Made by a program: the position numbers and the translations under genes. Below the pieces are notes generated by a model that had not been told where the DNA came from, did no database searches, and saw only the letters and a list, made by a program, of their open reading frames with translations. A DNA stretch of 32,000 nucleotides from Desulfobulbus propionicus DSM 2032 (lineage in GTDB: Bacteria; Desulfobacterota; Desulfobulbia; Desulfobulbales; Desulfobulbaceae), in NCBI RefSeq assembly GCF_000186885.1, contig NC_014972.1:1890001-1922000 (forward strand), read 5' to 3'. Below are positions 9,647 through 18,360 of this stretch, piece by piece; positions within the stretch are counted from its first letter, which is position 1, and each line of letters starts with the position of its first letter.

Positions 9647-10231
9647 CTAGATGTGATCCCTTTTTTTCTGCGTTGTCGCGGTTTGGCCCTGGAAAATGAT
9701 CGATAAAATTTCCATCGTTCCCTGACGGTTTTCCGCGGCGATCGCCTGAATGCTTTGCTCCGTGCCCTGCGCTCGTATCCCCTTGTTCCACAAGAGCTGA
9801 ACGGTCTCCTCGGGCAAGCGATTGGCGACCTTGGCCACGGTGGACAGCGGTGCCCGCACCAGCGCCTCTGTGATCCTTTCGGCCGGGTGTCTGTGTTGCT
9901 GTTGGTCCCCAATGCCCATGGGCAGCACGCTGGCTCCCAGGAGCAGAAAAAAGAAGACCACGACGACCTTGGCCAGCGGCTGGGAAAGGGTGGAGGTGAA
10001 GGAGCGGCGATTATGCACGAGATGCAGGAGGGCGGCGATGACCAGCAGCCAGCTGATCCATTCGTGCGCCGGCTTGACCAGGCCACCATGAATGTTGAAA
10101 AACAGCAGGATACCGGTCACTGCGGTGAAGATGAAGGTGCCAAAGGTGAACGGGGTCAGCCAGCTGCGTTGTATCTGCCAGGAGCGTTTGGTTATTCGGT
10201 CGGTTGGGTTGAGTCCATTGATGGGTTGCAT
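9647..10231 (-). CDS. DUF4405-like membrane protein (cytochrome b561-like topology)
   Basis: WLTPFTFGTFIFTAVTGILLFFNIHGGLVKPAHEWISWLLVIAALLHLVHN...FFFLLLGASVLPMG, with two spaced His residues in TM segments (HEW, LHLVHN). Start set at MQPING. Confidence 0.65.
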   Translation of the reverse strand: MQPINGLNPTDRITKRSWQIQRSWLTPFTFGTFIFTAVTGILLFFNIHGGLVKPAHEWISWLLVIAALLHLVHNRRSFTSTLSQPLAKVVVVFFFLLLGASVLPMGIGDQQQHRHPAERITEALVRAPLSTVAKVANRLPEETVQLLWNKGIRAQGTEQSIQAIAAENRQGTMEILSIIFQGQTATTQKKRDHI

Positions 10232-10412
10232 GTGTATCCTCGCTAATGATGGTGGTGAGGGATGGGGCGAACGAGCACACAAGGCGCAACCGGTTCAGTG
10301 CGGGTCGTACAGCGCGAACGGGCAATGGACAGGATCGAGCACGGCAGCGTCTTGTGCGGTGAACCGGAGAACAGCGGTTCACGGGAACGGCATCCTCCGG
10401 CATTGATTCAAC

Positions 10413-10709
10413 TCATTCCTGTTCCTTGTCCGGAGGTGGCGGCGGGTCATTCAGCGGTTTGGCCACCAGGCGGCCATCTCTTTCTGTACAGATCGCGTCA
10501 ATGACGTGACCGTGCGGGGTTTCGATACTCACCGCCTCGCCGGCCTGTTTGTCCGTGCATGCCTGGAAGAATTCCGGCGGTGGCCCTTGTGGACGTTCCC
10601 GCCTCTGCGGCCTTTCCTGATCGGTGTCGACCGCCGCCAGGCCGACACTCGGCGCGGTGAGCAGCAAGCCGATGAGCATTGCGGCTGCAAGCAATCCTTT
10701 CGGTTCCAT
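10413..10709 (-). CDS. Small exported protein of unknown function (98 aa)
   Basis: Signal peptide MEPKGLLAAAMLIGLLLTAPSVGLAA, then RPQGPPPEFFQACTDKQAGEAVSIETPHGHVIDAICTERDGRLVAKP with two Cys. Same strand as and just upstream of the DUF4405/mac genes. Confidence 0.6.
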   Translation of the reverse strand: MEPKGLLAAAMLIGLLLTAPSVGLAAVDTDQERPQRRERPQGPPPEFFQACTDKQAGEAVSIETPHGHVIDAICTERDGRLVAKPLNDPPPPPDKEQE

Positions 10710-10891
10710 GATGAATCTCCATGTGGTAGTGGTGGTGGGGCGAATCCCCCATATTGATCAACAATGCCTCCACCTTACCCCGTCATTGTGCAAGAAATGT
10801 GGAAGAAAAAAGGAAATCGGTGATTGGGCGAAAAGAGGGTGGAAGTGGTCGGCAGGGGTGTGGTAGGTACAGGCCGGGAGGAGCACTTTTG

Positions 10892-12352
10892 ATGAAAACA
10901 CCCTTGACCCTCGGTATTCGCTACCGTTTGTTTTTCGCCTTTCTTGCCGCCGCCTGCTGCGTCATCGTCAGCATGTTCGTGGTCACCAGAATCAGTTTTG
11001 AGCGCGGGGCCTTCCGCTATGTCCATCTGGTGGAGAAGGAGCGGCTGGAACTCCTGGCCCGCACCCTGGAGCAGTTCTACGCGGAAAAAAAGCAGTGGAA
11101 TTTTCTTGAGCAGGAGCCAACGACCTGGATGGAACTGGTCGCGGGCAGCAGACCGCTGCACCACCCGCTGTTCAAGCTCCATAAACGCATGGGCGCGCTG
11201 GTCGATGGGCACGGCCCCTCGCTCCAGCTGGAACCGCCCCCGCCTCCCTTGCCCAAGGGCGAACAGATTTTCGAACTCAGGGTCCTGTTGCTCGATGCCG
11301 ACAAGCATCGGCTATATGGTCCGGCCGAGCCCTGGCCGCAGCCACCCTTTCTGCTGCCTCTCAATACCGGGGAGCGGAAGATCGGCTATCTTGGCCTGAT
11401 CCCGCCGCGTATCCTGGCCGATGTCCGGGTGCGCCAATTTGTCCGCGAGCAGCACCATGCCCTGATCGTCATTGCCCTGTGCATTGCCGCTGGCGCGGCC
11501 CTGTTGTCCATCCCCTTGGCGGGCCGGCTGGTGCGGCGCATCACCGCCCTGGCGGCAGCCACCAACCGTCTGGCTTCGGGGTACTATGACATCCGCGTAC
11601 CCGTTGAAACCAGCGATGAACTGGGCCAATTGGCCCGTGATTTCAACCGCCTTGCCCAGACCTTGCATCGCAACGAGCAGTTGCGCCGTCGCTGGGTGGC
11701 GGATATCTCCCATGAATTGCGCACCCCGCTCTCGGTTCTGCGTGCCGAGATCGAGGCCATTCAAGACGGTGTTCGTCAATGGACGCCGCAGACCATGGAA
11801 CACCTCCATGGCGAGATCCTCCATCTCAGCCGGTTGGTCGACGATCTGTACAAATTGGCACTGGCCGACATCGGGGCATTGACCTATCGCAAGGAACAGC
11901 TCGACCTGACCGCCCTGGTTGCCCAGGTTGTTCTCGCCTTTCGGGAACGGTTCGAGGCCCACCGCCTGCACTTGGACTACACCGAGCCCAACCGGCCGCT
12001 GGTCGTGTTTGCCGACGCGGAGCGGCTGCGTCAACTGCTCGCCAACCTGTTGCACAATGCACTGCGTTATACCGATGCCGGCGGTACATTGCGGGTGCGC
12101 CTCACCGAGGAGGGGGGCTGCGTACTGTTACGGTTGAGTGATTCCGCCCCGGGCGTGCCCGACGAAGCCCTGGAGCGGCTATTTGAACGTCTGTACCGGG
12201 TCGAGGGGTCGCGCAGCCGGGCTCACGGCGGCGCCGGCCTGGGCCTGGCCCTGTGCAAATCGATTGTCGAGGGCCATGGCGGAACCATCCGGGCCGCGCA
12301 CTCCGATCTGGGTGGCCTGGAAATACGCATCACCTTGCCAACCAACGGATGA
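10892..12352 (+). CDS. Membrane sensor histidine kinase (BaeS-like, HAMP + HisKA + HATPase)
   Basis: TM1, periplasmic domain, TM2, HAMP (GRLVRRITALAAATNRLASGYYDIRVPV), H box WVADISHELRTPLSVLRAEIEA, N box QLLANLLHNALRYTDAGG, G box GGAGLGLALCKSIVEGHGG. Confidence 0.93.
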   Translation: MKTPLTLGIRYRLFFAFLAAACCVIVSMFVVTRISFERGAFRYVHLVEKERLELLARTLEQFYAEKKQWNFLEQEPTTWMELVAGSRPLHHPLFKLHKRMGALVDGHGPSLQLEPPPPPLPKGEQIFELRVLLLDADKHRLYGPAEPWPQPPFLLPLNTGERKIGYLGLIPPRILADVRVRQFVREQHHALIVIALCIAAGAALLSIPLAGRLVRRITALAAATNRLASGYYDIRVPVETSDELGQLARDFNRLAQTLHRNEQLRRRWVADISHELRTPLSVLRAEIEAIQDGVRQWTPQTMEHLHGEILHLSRLVDDLYKLALADIGALTYRKEQLDLTALVAQVVLAFRERFEAHRLHLDYTEPNRPLVVFADAERLRQLLANLLHNALRYTDAGGTLRVRLTEEGGCVLLRLSDSAPGVPDEALERLFERLYRVEGSRSRAHGGAGLGLALCKSIVEGHGGTIRAAHSDLGGLEIRITLPTNG

Positions 12353-13029
12353 TGGCCATGCAACGGATCCTCGTGGTTGAGGACGAACAGCGTCTGGCCT
12401 CGATTCTGGCCGATTATCTCCACGCCGCCGGTTACTCCACCCATTGCCTGGGCGAGGGAAGGGGAGTGGTGGCGTGGGTGCGGGGCAATCGGCCCGATCT
12501 GATCCTTTTGGATCTGATGCTGCCCGGTCGCGACGGCATGGAAATCTGCAAGGAAATACGAACCTTTTCCACCGTGCCGATCATCATGGTCACCGCCCGC
12601 ATCGAGGAGATCGACCGGCTGCTCGGCCTGGAACTGGGCGCGGACGACTATGTCTGCAAACCCTTTAGTCCGCGCGAGGTGGTGGCCCGTGTCAAGGCGG
12701 TGCTCCGTCGCACGAGTGCCCGCACCCCCGCCCCTCATGGGCTGAGGGTCGACGCATCGACCATGCGGGTCAGCCTTGACGGTCACCATCTTGATCTCAC
12801 GGCGGTTGAATTCAAACTGCTGGCCTTTCTTCTTGCCCATCCGGGCCGAATCTACAGCCGCGAGCAACTGATGGAAGGCATGTATCCCGATCAGCGTATT
12901 GTCAACGACCGGACCATCGACAGCCACATCAAGAAATTGCGCCGCAAGCTGGATCTGGCGCGTTCCGGGTGCAACCTGATCCGTTCGGTGTACGGTGTTG
13001 GCTACACCTTCGATCCGGATCCGGAATAG
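12352..13029 (+). CDS. OmpR-family (winged-helix) response regulator, BaeR-like
   Basis: MQRILVVEDEQRLASILADYL...LILLDLMLPGRDGMEICKEIR...GADDYVCKPFSPREVVARVKAVLRR and wHTH ending NDRTIDSHIKKLRRKLD...IRSVYGVGYTF. Start ATG overlaps the kinase stop; 12358 is the alternative start. Confidence 0.93.
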   Translation: MAMQRILVVEDEQRLASILADYLHAAGYSTHCLGEGRGVVAWVRGNRPDLILLDLMLPGRDGMEICKEIRTFSTVPIIMVTARIEEIDRLLGLELGADDYVCKPFSPREVVARVKAVLRRTSARTPAPHGLRVDASTMRVSLDGHHLDLTAVEFKLLAFLLAHPGRIYSREQLMEGMYPDQRIVNDRTIDSHIKKLRRKLDLARSGCNLIRSVYGVGYTFDPDPE

Positions 13030-13156
13030 GCCGTGCCGACTGTTCCGCAACGTGCTGTTATCCTTTCATGATCTGTGGGCATTTGTCGGCAGGCATGGTA
13101 TAGTGCCGCCTCTGGTCCTCGTCCGTCCCGTTTCAACCACCGCAGCGGAGGTTCCC

Positions 13157-13819
13157 ATGACCCTATTGCCGGCCATTGAGCAGGAAACCCGCCCCGATCC
13201 CGATGCCAGCGTCATTTGGCTGCATGGCCTGGGGGCCAACGGTTATGATTTCGCCCCGATCGTTCCGGAATTGAACCTGCCCGACACCTTGGCCATCAGG
13301 TTTATTTTTCCCCATGCCCCGGCCGTGCCGGTGACAGTGAACGGCGGTTACGTCATGCCTGCCTGGTTCGACATTCTGGAGATGGATATTGATCGCCGGG
13401 TCGACAGCGACCAACTGTTGCGCTCGGCCGCGGCCATCACCCGCTTCATCGAGCGGGAACGGGAACGCGGCATCGCCAGCCGCCGCATCATCCTCGCCGG
13501 CTTTTCCCAGGGCGGCGCCGTTGCCTATCAGGTCAGCCTCAGTCATCTCGAGCCGCTGGGCGGACTGATCGCCATGTCCACCTATTTCGCGACCAGTGAT
13601 TCGATTGCCCTGAGCGAAGCCAACCTGGACCTGCCGATCGAAATCCATCACGGCCTCTACGACCAGGTGGTGCCTCAGGCACTGGGTATTCGGGCTGCCG
13701 AATTTCTCAAGGATCGCGGCTATGCGGTCGTCTTCCGCACCTATCCCATGGAGCACGCGGTCTGCCCCCGGCAGATCGCTCATATTTCCGAAGCGTTGCA
13801 GCGTTTATTGCACTGCTAG
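13157..13819 (+). CDS. Carboxylesterase/phospholipase family alpha/beta hydrolase
   Basis: VIWLHGLGANGYDFAPIVPEL, RIILAGFSQGGAVAYQVSL (GxSxG), LPIEIHHGLYDQVVP and catalytic His in YPMEHAVCP. Confidence 0.85.
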   Translation: MTLLPAIEQETRPDPDASVIWLHGLGANGYDFAPIVPELNLPDTLAIRFIFPHAPAVPVTVNGGYVMPAWFDILEMDIDRRVDSDQLLRSAAAITRFIERERERGIASRRIILAGFSQGGAVAYQVSLSHLEPLGGLIAMSTYFATSDSIALSEANLDLPIEIHHGLYDQVVPQALGIRAAEFLKDRGYAVVFRTYPMEHAVCPRQIAHISEALQRLLHC

Positions 13820-13855
13820 CCTCTGAAGGTTTCTGCTCCACGCTGGAGGCATCGC

Positions 13856-14932
13856 ATGGACATTCGCTCAAGAGCCGAGGCGCAGCAACGGGTTGATCAG
13901 TTGGCGGCCTTCCGCGCCGAACTGGCAATCATCGAACAGAAGCATGTGATCACGCTCGATGAAGGCCAACGGGAGGCGGTGCATCGCTATCACGACCAGG
14001 TGCTCGCCCGGTTGGCCGCTGTGTTTGATATCGACTTGACCAGCAGGGACAAGCAACTCAGCCTGGGAATGCGGATTACCGCCTTTTTCGGGGCCATGGG
14101 ACTTGCGGCCAGTGTGTTCTTTTTCTACTTTCAATACTGGGGATGGCTGGCCACCAACACCCAGGTGACCATCCTGGTCGCCATGCCGTTGGCGGGCTTG
14201 CTGCTCACCATGGCCGCGGTCTGGATGGAGCGATCCGGTTATTTTTCCAAGCTGTTCGCCCTGGTCAGTCTGGTTTGTTTCATGCTCGATTTCTCCCTGC
14301 TCGGTCAGATTTTCAACCTTGGGCCCACCCCTCATGCCTTGCTCGTTTGGGCGGCGTTTGCCTGCCTCCTCGCTTACGCGACTGAAGGACGCTTCCTGCT
14401 CGCCATGGGCATCCTCTGCTTTGCCGCCTTCCTTTCCGCGCAAACCGCCACCTGGAACGGCTGCTACTGGATCTCCTTTGGCGAGCGGCCGGAAAACTTC
14501 CTTCCGGCGGCACTGTGCTTTTTTCTGTTCGCTCTTCTCCCGCAACGTCGCTATACCGGCTTTCCCGCCATTTACCGGATCTTTGCCCTGCTGTTTTTTT
14601 TCCTGCCGGCGCTGATCCTCTGCAATTGGGGGGCTCTGAGCTATATCGACCTGGCCCCTGAGCGCATCGAAGCCCTCTACCAAGTGCTCGGCTTTGTCGC
14701 CAGCGCGGCGGCCATCGGCCTTGGTATCGTCAAGGGGTGGCCCGAGACGGTCAACAGCGGCACTGTGTTTTTGACTCTTTTTCTCTACACGAAATTTTAC
14801 GACTGGTGGTGGGACTGGATGCCCAAGTACCAGTTTTTTTTGATCATCGGCCTGACTGCCCTGTGCATGCTGCTGATTCTCAAAAGAATGCGCTTCCTCT
14901 CGATCCGGCGGAAGGCGGAGATGACGGTATGA
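13856..14932 (+). CDS. DUF2157-like polytopic membrane protein
   Basis: Soluble N-terminus (QLAAFRAELAIIEQKHVITLDEGQREAV) followed by about 10 hydrophobic segments, including FFYFQYWGWL and SLLGQIFNLG. Matches remembered DUF2157 features. Confidence 0.6.
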   Translation: MDIRSRAEAQQRVDQLAAFRAELAIIEQKHVITLDEGQREAVHRYHDQVLARLAAVFDIDLTSRDKQLSLGMRITAFFGAMGLAASVFFFYFQYWGWLATNTQVTILVAMPLAGLLLTMAAVWMERSGYFSKLFALVSLVCFMLDFSLLGQIFNLGPTPHALLVWAAFACLLAYATEGRFLLAMGILCFAAFLSAQTATWNGCYWISFGERPENFLPAALCFFLFALLPQRRYTGFPAIYRIFALLFFFLPALILCNWGALSYIDLAPERIEALYQVLGFVASAAAIGLGIVKGWPETVNSGTVFLTLFLYTKFYDWWWDWMPKYQFFLIIGLTALCMLLILKRMRFLSIRRKAEMTV

Positions 14933-15780
14933 ATGCGGCCGTGGTTCGTGGTCTGCTCTTGGCCGTCGGCTTTCTCTTGATCGCTGTGGCGAATGGCATG
15001 ATTCTTTTCCAGGTGAATGCGAACAGGAAAGGGGAGGCCGAGGCGCGTTTGTGGCTGACCGAGCGGGAAATGCCGCAAGCGTTTTGGCTGGCCCATGAAA
15101 ACAGTGGCATGGAGCTGCGCCTGGTCTGGCGAACCTTGAGCCGTGACGTAAATGGGGGCGAGGACCGCATGCCCTCCTGGCTGAGCGGTAAAAAACTGGA
15201 GGAATTGGGGTTTCGATTCGTCGATGGCTTGTCGGTGGACAACCAGCCCACCAAGGTGTTGATGTCCAAGAAAGTGTATCTGGTCCTTGAATACAACGGC
15301 CCGGCCTACCAAACCGCGCGCAGGCGGGTGGCGCAGATTCTGGAGCACGAGGAAGCGGCGTTGCGCGCCAATCCTGCCGACAGGAACGGATCGATCCGGC
15401 TCCAAGCCAAAAAGCGTATCCGTGCCGAGGAACAGAGCGAGTCACGGCTGTTTGTCATTGATGCCGGACTTGATCCCCAACCGCTGCGGACAAGCTATCC
15501 CGAGACAAACCGGTTCATCGTCACCCCGGGGGTGATCGAGCTGATGTACCGCACCGAAGGGGGCAGGCAGTGGGCGGCCGGCGCCATCCGCTCAATCAGC
15601 CCCGACACGGTGCATGTTCCCCTGGAACACAGGGTGACGCTCGAACAGCTTGCAGGGAAAGGCAAGTTCTTGTCCACCGAGGGAAAAGCGCCACGATATG
15701 AGGTCGAACTGGTGTACGGGTCTCGACGCGTACCGTGGATTGCCGCCATTCGTCCGCTGGCAGCGCCCTTGGCAGAATAG
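14929..15780 (+). CDS. DUF4824-like protein with one N-terminal TM segment
   Basis: VVRGLLLAVGFLLIAVANGMILF, KVYLVLEYNGPAYQTARR, SRLFVIDAGLDPQPLRTSYPE. ATG overlaps the preceding stop (ATGA), implying coupling with the DUF2157-like gene. Confidence 0.6.
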   Translation: MNAAVVRGLLLAVGFLLIAVANGMILFQVNANRKGEAEARLWLTEREMPQAFWLAHENSGMELRLVWRTLSRDVNGGEDRMPSWLSGKKLEELGFRFVDGLSVDNQPTKVLMSKKVYLVLEYNGPAYQTARRRVAQILEHEEAALRANPADRNGSIRLQAKKRIRAEEQSESRLFVIDAGLDPQPLRTSYPETNRFIVTPGVIELMYRTEGGRQWAAGAIRSISPDTVHVPLEHRVTLEQLAGKGKFLSTEGKAPRYEVELVYGSRRVPWIAAIRPLAAPLAE

Positions 15781-15856
15781 GAGAAATCGGCCACTGCCCC
15801 ACCCGCGCCGCACAAGGGTTCATTCTCAACAACAACGCCAACACACGGGAATCATC

Positions 15857-16834
15857 ATGACAGCATGCGTACCTCAAAAGCGTTTTCATGCCGCACGCGG
15901 CACCTGTTGGTCTTTGCGGACCTTTGTCCTGCTCGCGGTCCTTGTGCTCCTTGCCGTCACGGCGCAAACAGCGCAAGCGGGGTCAACGATGTCCAACTGG
16001 CCTCAGGTGGCGTTGTCCAAGGACAAGACACCGATCTCCTACGAGGTCTATGGTTCAGGAGAACCAACCCTGATACTGGTGCATGGCTGGAGCACCGATG
16101 CTCGATACTGGCGTTTGCAGGTGGAATACTTGGCCCGCAAATACCGGGTAGTGGCGCTTGATCTCGCCGGACACGGGCATTCAGGCCTGACCCGCGAAGA
16201 CTATTCGATGCAGGCCTTTGGCGAGGACGTGCGGGCGGTGGCCGAGGCGGTGGGCAGTTCCACGATCATTTTGGTCGGCCATTCCATGGGCGGCCAGGTG
16301 ATTGCCGAGGCGGCTCGGCTCATGCCGGAAAAGGTGATTGGCCTGATCGGGGTGGACAGTTACGACAATATCGAATATCCGATGAGCCGCTCGGAGATGG
16401 AGATGGTGCTCGCGCCGATGATTGATGACTTCCGGGAGGCAAGCCGCGCTTTCGTGGCGGACATGTTGCTGCCTTCCACCGATCCGCAGTTGCGCGCCTG
16501 GATCCTGGCGGATATGTCCTCGGCGCCTCCTCGTGTCGCTCTCAGCGCCTTGGAGGAGATGATGGACCTATTCGTCACCGGCAAGGCGGCGCGCGTTTTC
16601 GATGACGTCAAGGCGCCAGTGGTTTCGATCAATGGCGATCTGTGGCCGGTCAACACCGAGGCCAACCAACGGCACATGCATCTTTTGGAAACCATCACCA
16701 TCCAACAGAGCGATCATTTTCTCATGCTTGCCCGTCCCCATGCCTTCAACCAAGCCCTGGAACAAGGCGTCCATGCCATTCTGAGACATGCAGCGCAAAA
16801 GGAAACCAACGAAAGCGGTTCGTCCTTGCCCTGA
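15857..16834 (+). CDS. Exported alpha/beta hydrolase
   Basis: Signal-like LRTFVLLAVLVLLAVTAQTAQAG, then EPTLILVHGWSTDARYW, VVALDLAGHGHSG, GHSMGGQVIAEAARL (nucleophile elbow) and SDHFLMLARP (catalytic His). Confidence 0.85.
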   Translation: MTACVPQKRFHAARGTCWSLRTFVLLAVLVLLAVTAQTAQAGSTMSNWPQVALSKDKTPISYEVYGSGEPTLILVHGWSTDARYWRLQVEYLARKYRVVALDLAGHGHSGLTREDYSMQAFGEDVRAVAEAVGSSTIILVGHSMGGQVIAEAARLMPEKVIGLIGVDSYDNIEYPMSRSEMEMVLAPMIDDFREASRAFVADMLLPSTDPQLRAWILADMSSAPPRVALSALEEMMDLFVTGKAARVFDDVKAPVVSINGDLWPVNTEANQRHMHLLETITIQQSDHFLMLARPHAFNQALEQGVHAILRHAAQKETNESGSSLP

Positions 16835-17045
16835 ACAGACGGTGCGGTTTGTCCTTTTCGGCACCCTCCTTGGCGTCCTCAACGGGCAGGTTGCCTGGCC
16901 TGAGGAGGACGTCAACCGCTCTGTGGCTCTGTGCGGCAGGAATGCATCTTCCTGATTGAAGAGGGGAGCGGTCAGCATGCATTGCTTCTTTTGTGCGTGC
17001 GGTTAAGCATGCGGTACTTAAAAAAAATAACCCAAAAAAAACCGC

Positions 17046-17074
17046 TTCATATATTTTTTTTTCTGACGTATACT
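17046..17074 (+). promoter_or_regulatory. Candidate sigma70 promoter for the roadblock-GTPase-scaffold cluster
   Basis: TTCATA-17 nt-TATACT, inside an unusually AT-rich patch (poly-A and poly-T tracts, 17020-17064), about 170 nt upstream of the first gene. Confidence 0.4.
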
Positions 17075-17243
17075 TCCGGTAATTGAACGGTTGCAAAACT
17101 ATCTTTCCGGAAAAACAACAATTTTCCCTGTAAAGAGTGGTCTCGCCATGGGTAATGGGGAAAAAGGATTTTCGTGCCCCTTTGCGAACTGTTTTTTTCA
17201 TTCTTCCTTTTAACTTTTCTTTGAACCTGAACGAGGTAGCTTT

Positions 17244-17642
17244 ATGAATTATGGAGTTGTTAGCCAGGAGCAGCTTGAAAAGATAGATGAAATCCTGACT
17301 GAAAAGCTCATAAAGATAGGCGTTGACTGCGTTATCATTATCGATATGGCAGGAAACATCATTACCGCCAAGGATAACGGCACATCGAAATATGATGTCT
17401 ATTCGTTTGCCGCCCTGGCCGCCGGCAATTTCGCCACAGTCGATGCCATGGCTAAACTCGTTGGAGAACAGGAGTTTTCTCTCCTCTTTCATAAAGGAGC
17501 GGAATGCAACATTCATTTTTCAAAAATAGACGATGAACTCTTGCTCATCACCATGTTCGGCAAGAGCATATCTCTGGGATTTTTACGTCTCAACGTCGTT
17601 GAGGCCATTGAACGAATCAAGAAGATTTGGGCGCGCAAATAA
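17244..17642 (+). CDS. Roadblock/LC7 domain protein (MglB-like)
   Basis: 132 aa: LEKIDEILTEKLIKIGVDCVIIIDMAGNIITAKDNG...FAALAAGNFATVDAMAKLVGEQEFSLLFHKGAECNIHFSKIDDELLLITMFGKSISLGFLRLNV, a typical roadblock layout. Confidence 0.85.
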   Translation: MNYGVVSQEQLEKIDEILTEKLIKIGVDCVIIIDMAGNIITAKDNGTSKYDVYSFAALAAGNFATVDAMAKLVGEQEFSLLFHKGAECNIHFSKIDDELLLITMFGKSISLGFLRLNVVEAIERIKKIWARK

Positions 17643-17715
17643 TCGTCATCTTCGGTCAAGGCATTGGATGTATTTCAATTGTGCGTGTGTGATCAGCGTA
17701 AGGCCGTAGGAGAAT

Positions 17716-18324
17716 GTGGTGAGTTTCATTAATCTCAGAGAAAAAATCGTTCAGGTCAAGATTGTCTACTATGGACCGGGTCGCGGGGGAAAAACAACCA
17801 ACCTTGAATACATCAACCGGAAATTCTCCAAGCAGATTCAGTCTGAAATGGTCAGTCTGAAAACTCATGGCGACCGAACCCTGTTTTTTGATTTCCTGCC
17901 GTTCAACATGGGGCAGATAAAAGGCTATGAATTGAAAATACAGCTCTATACGGTCCCTGGACAGGTCAAATACAATGCAACGAGAAAATTGGTGCTCAAA
18001 GGAGTTGACGGTATTGTATTCGTTGCCGACGCCCAAGAGCAGATGCGGGAAAAAAACATTCGGTCCCTTAATCAATTGCATGAAAATCTCATGAGCTACA
18101 AGGAATCCATTTTCAAGATTCCACTGGTGCTTCAGTACAACAAAGTCGATCTGCGCAATCAGGGGATTCCGATTCTGCCCACCGCCGTGCTGGACAAGGA
18201 TTTGAACAGCAAGTTGAAGGTGCCCACCTTTGAGGCCAGCGCGCTTACAGGGTACAACGTTCCGGAAACGTTAAAAAAAATCATCTCATCCACGGTTCTT
18301 TCCATCCAAAAGAAACTGATGTAG
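17716..18324 (+). CDS. MglA-family small Ras-like GTPase
   Basis: KIVYYGPGRGGKTTNLEYI (P-loop), DFLPFNMGQIKGYELKIQLYTVPGQVKYNATRKLVLKGVDGIVFVADAQ (MglA-type switch region), LQYNKVDLR (NKxD), TFEASALTGYNV (SAL motif). Confidence 0.93.
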   Translation: MVSFINLREKIVQVKIVYYGPGRGGKTTNLEYINRKFSKQIQSEMVSLKTHGDRTLFFDFLPFNMGQIKGYELKIQLYTVPGQVKYNATRKLVLKGVDGIVFVADAQEQMREKNIRSLNQLHENLMSYKESIFKIPLVLQYNKVDLRNQGIPILPTAVLDKDLNSKLKVPTFEASALTGYNVPETLKKIISSTVLSIQKKLM

Positions 18325-18360
18325 CAACCGTGATCAGGGAGTTAACAGCAGAGCCTGCAT

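Noticed and set aside
13868-15445. 525-aa minus-strand ORF
   Set aside because: Antisense of the DUF2157/DUF4824-like genes; Arg/Gly/His-rich composition typical of shadow ORFs.
16746-17516. 256-aa minus-strand ORF
   Set aside because: Opposite the roadblock gene and its AT-rich leader. No signal peptide or domain, Lys/Phe-rich low-quality composition, and it overlaps a convincing coding gene.
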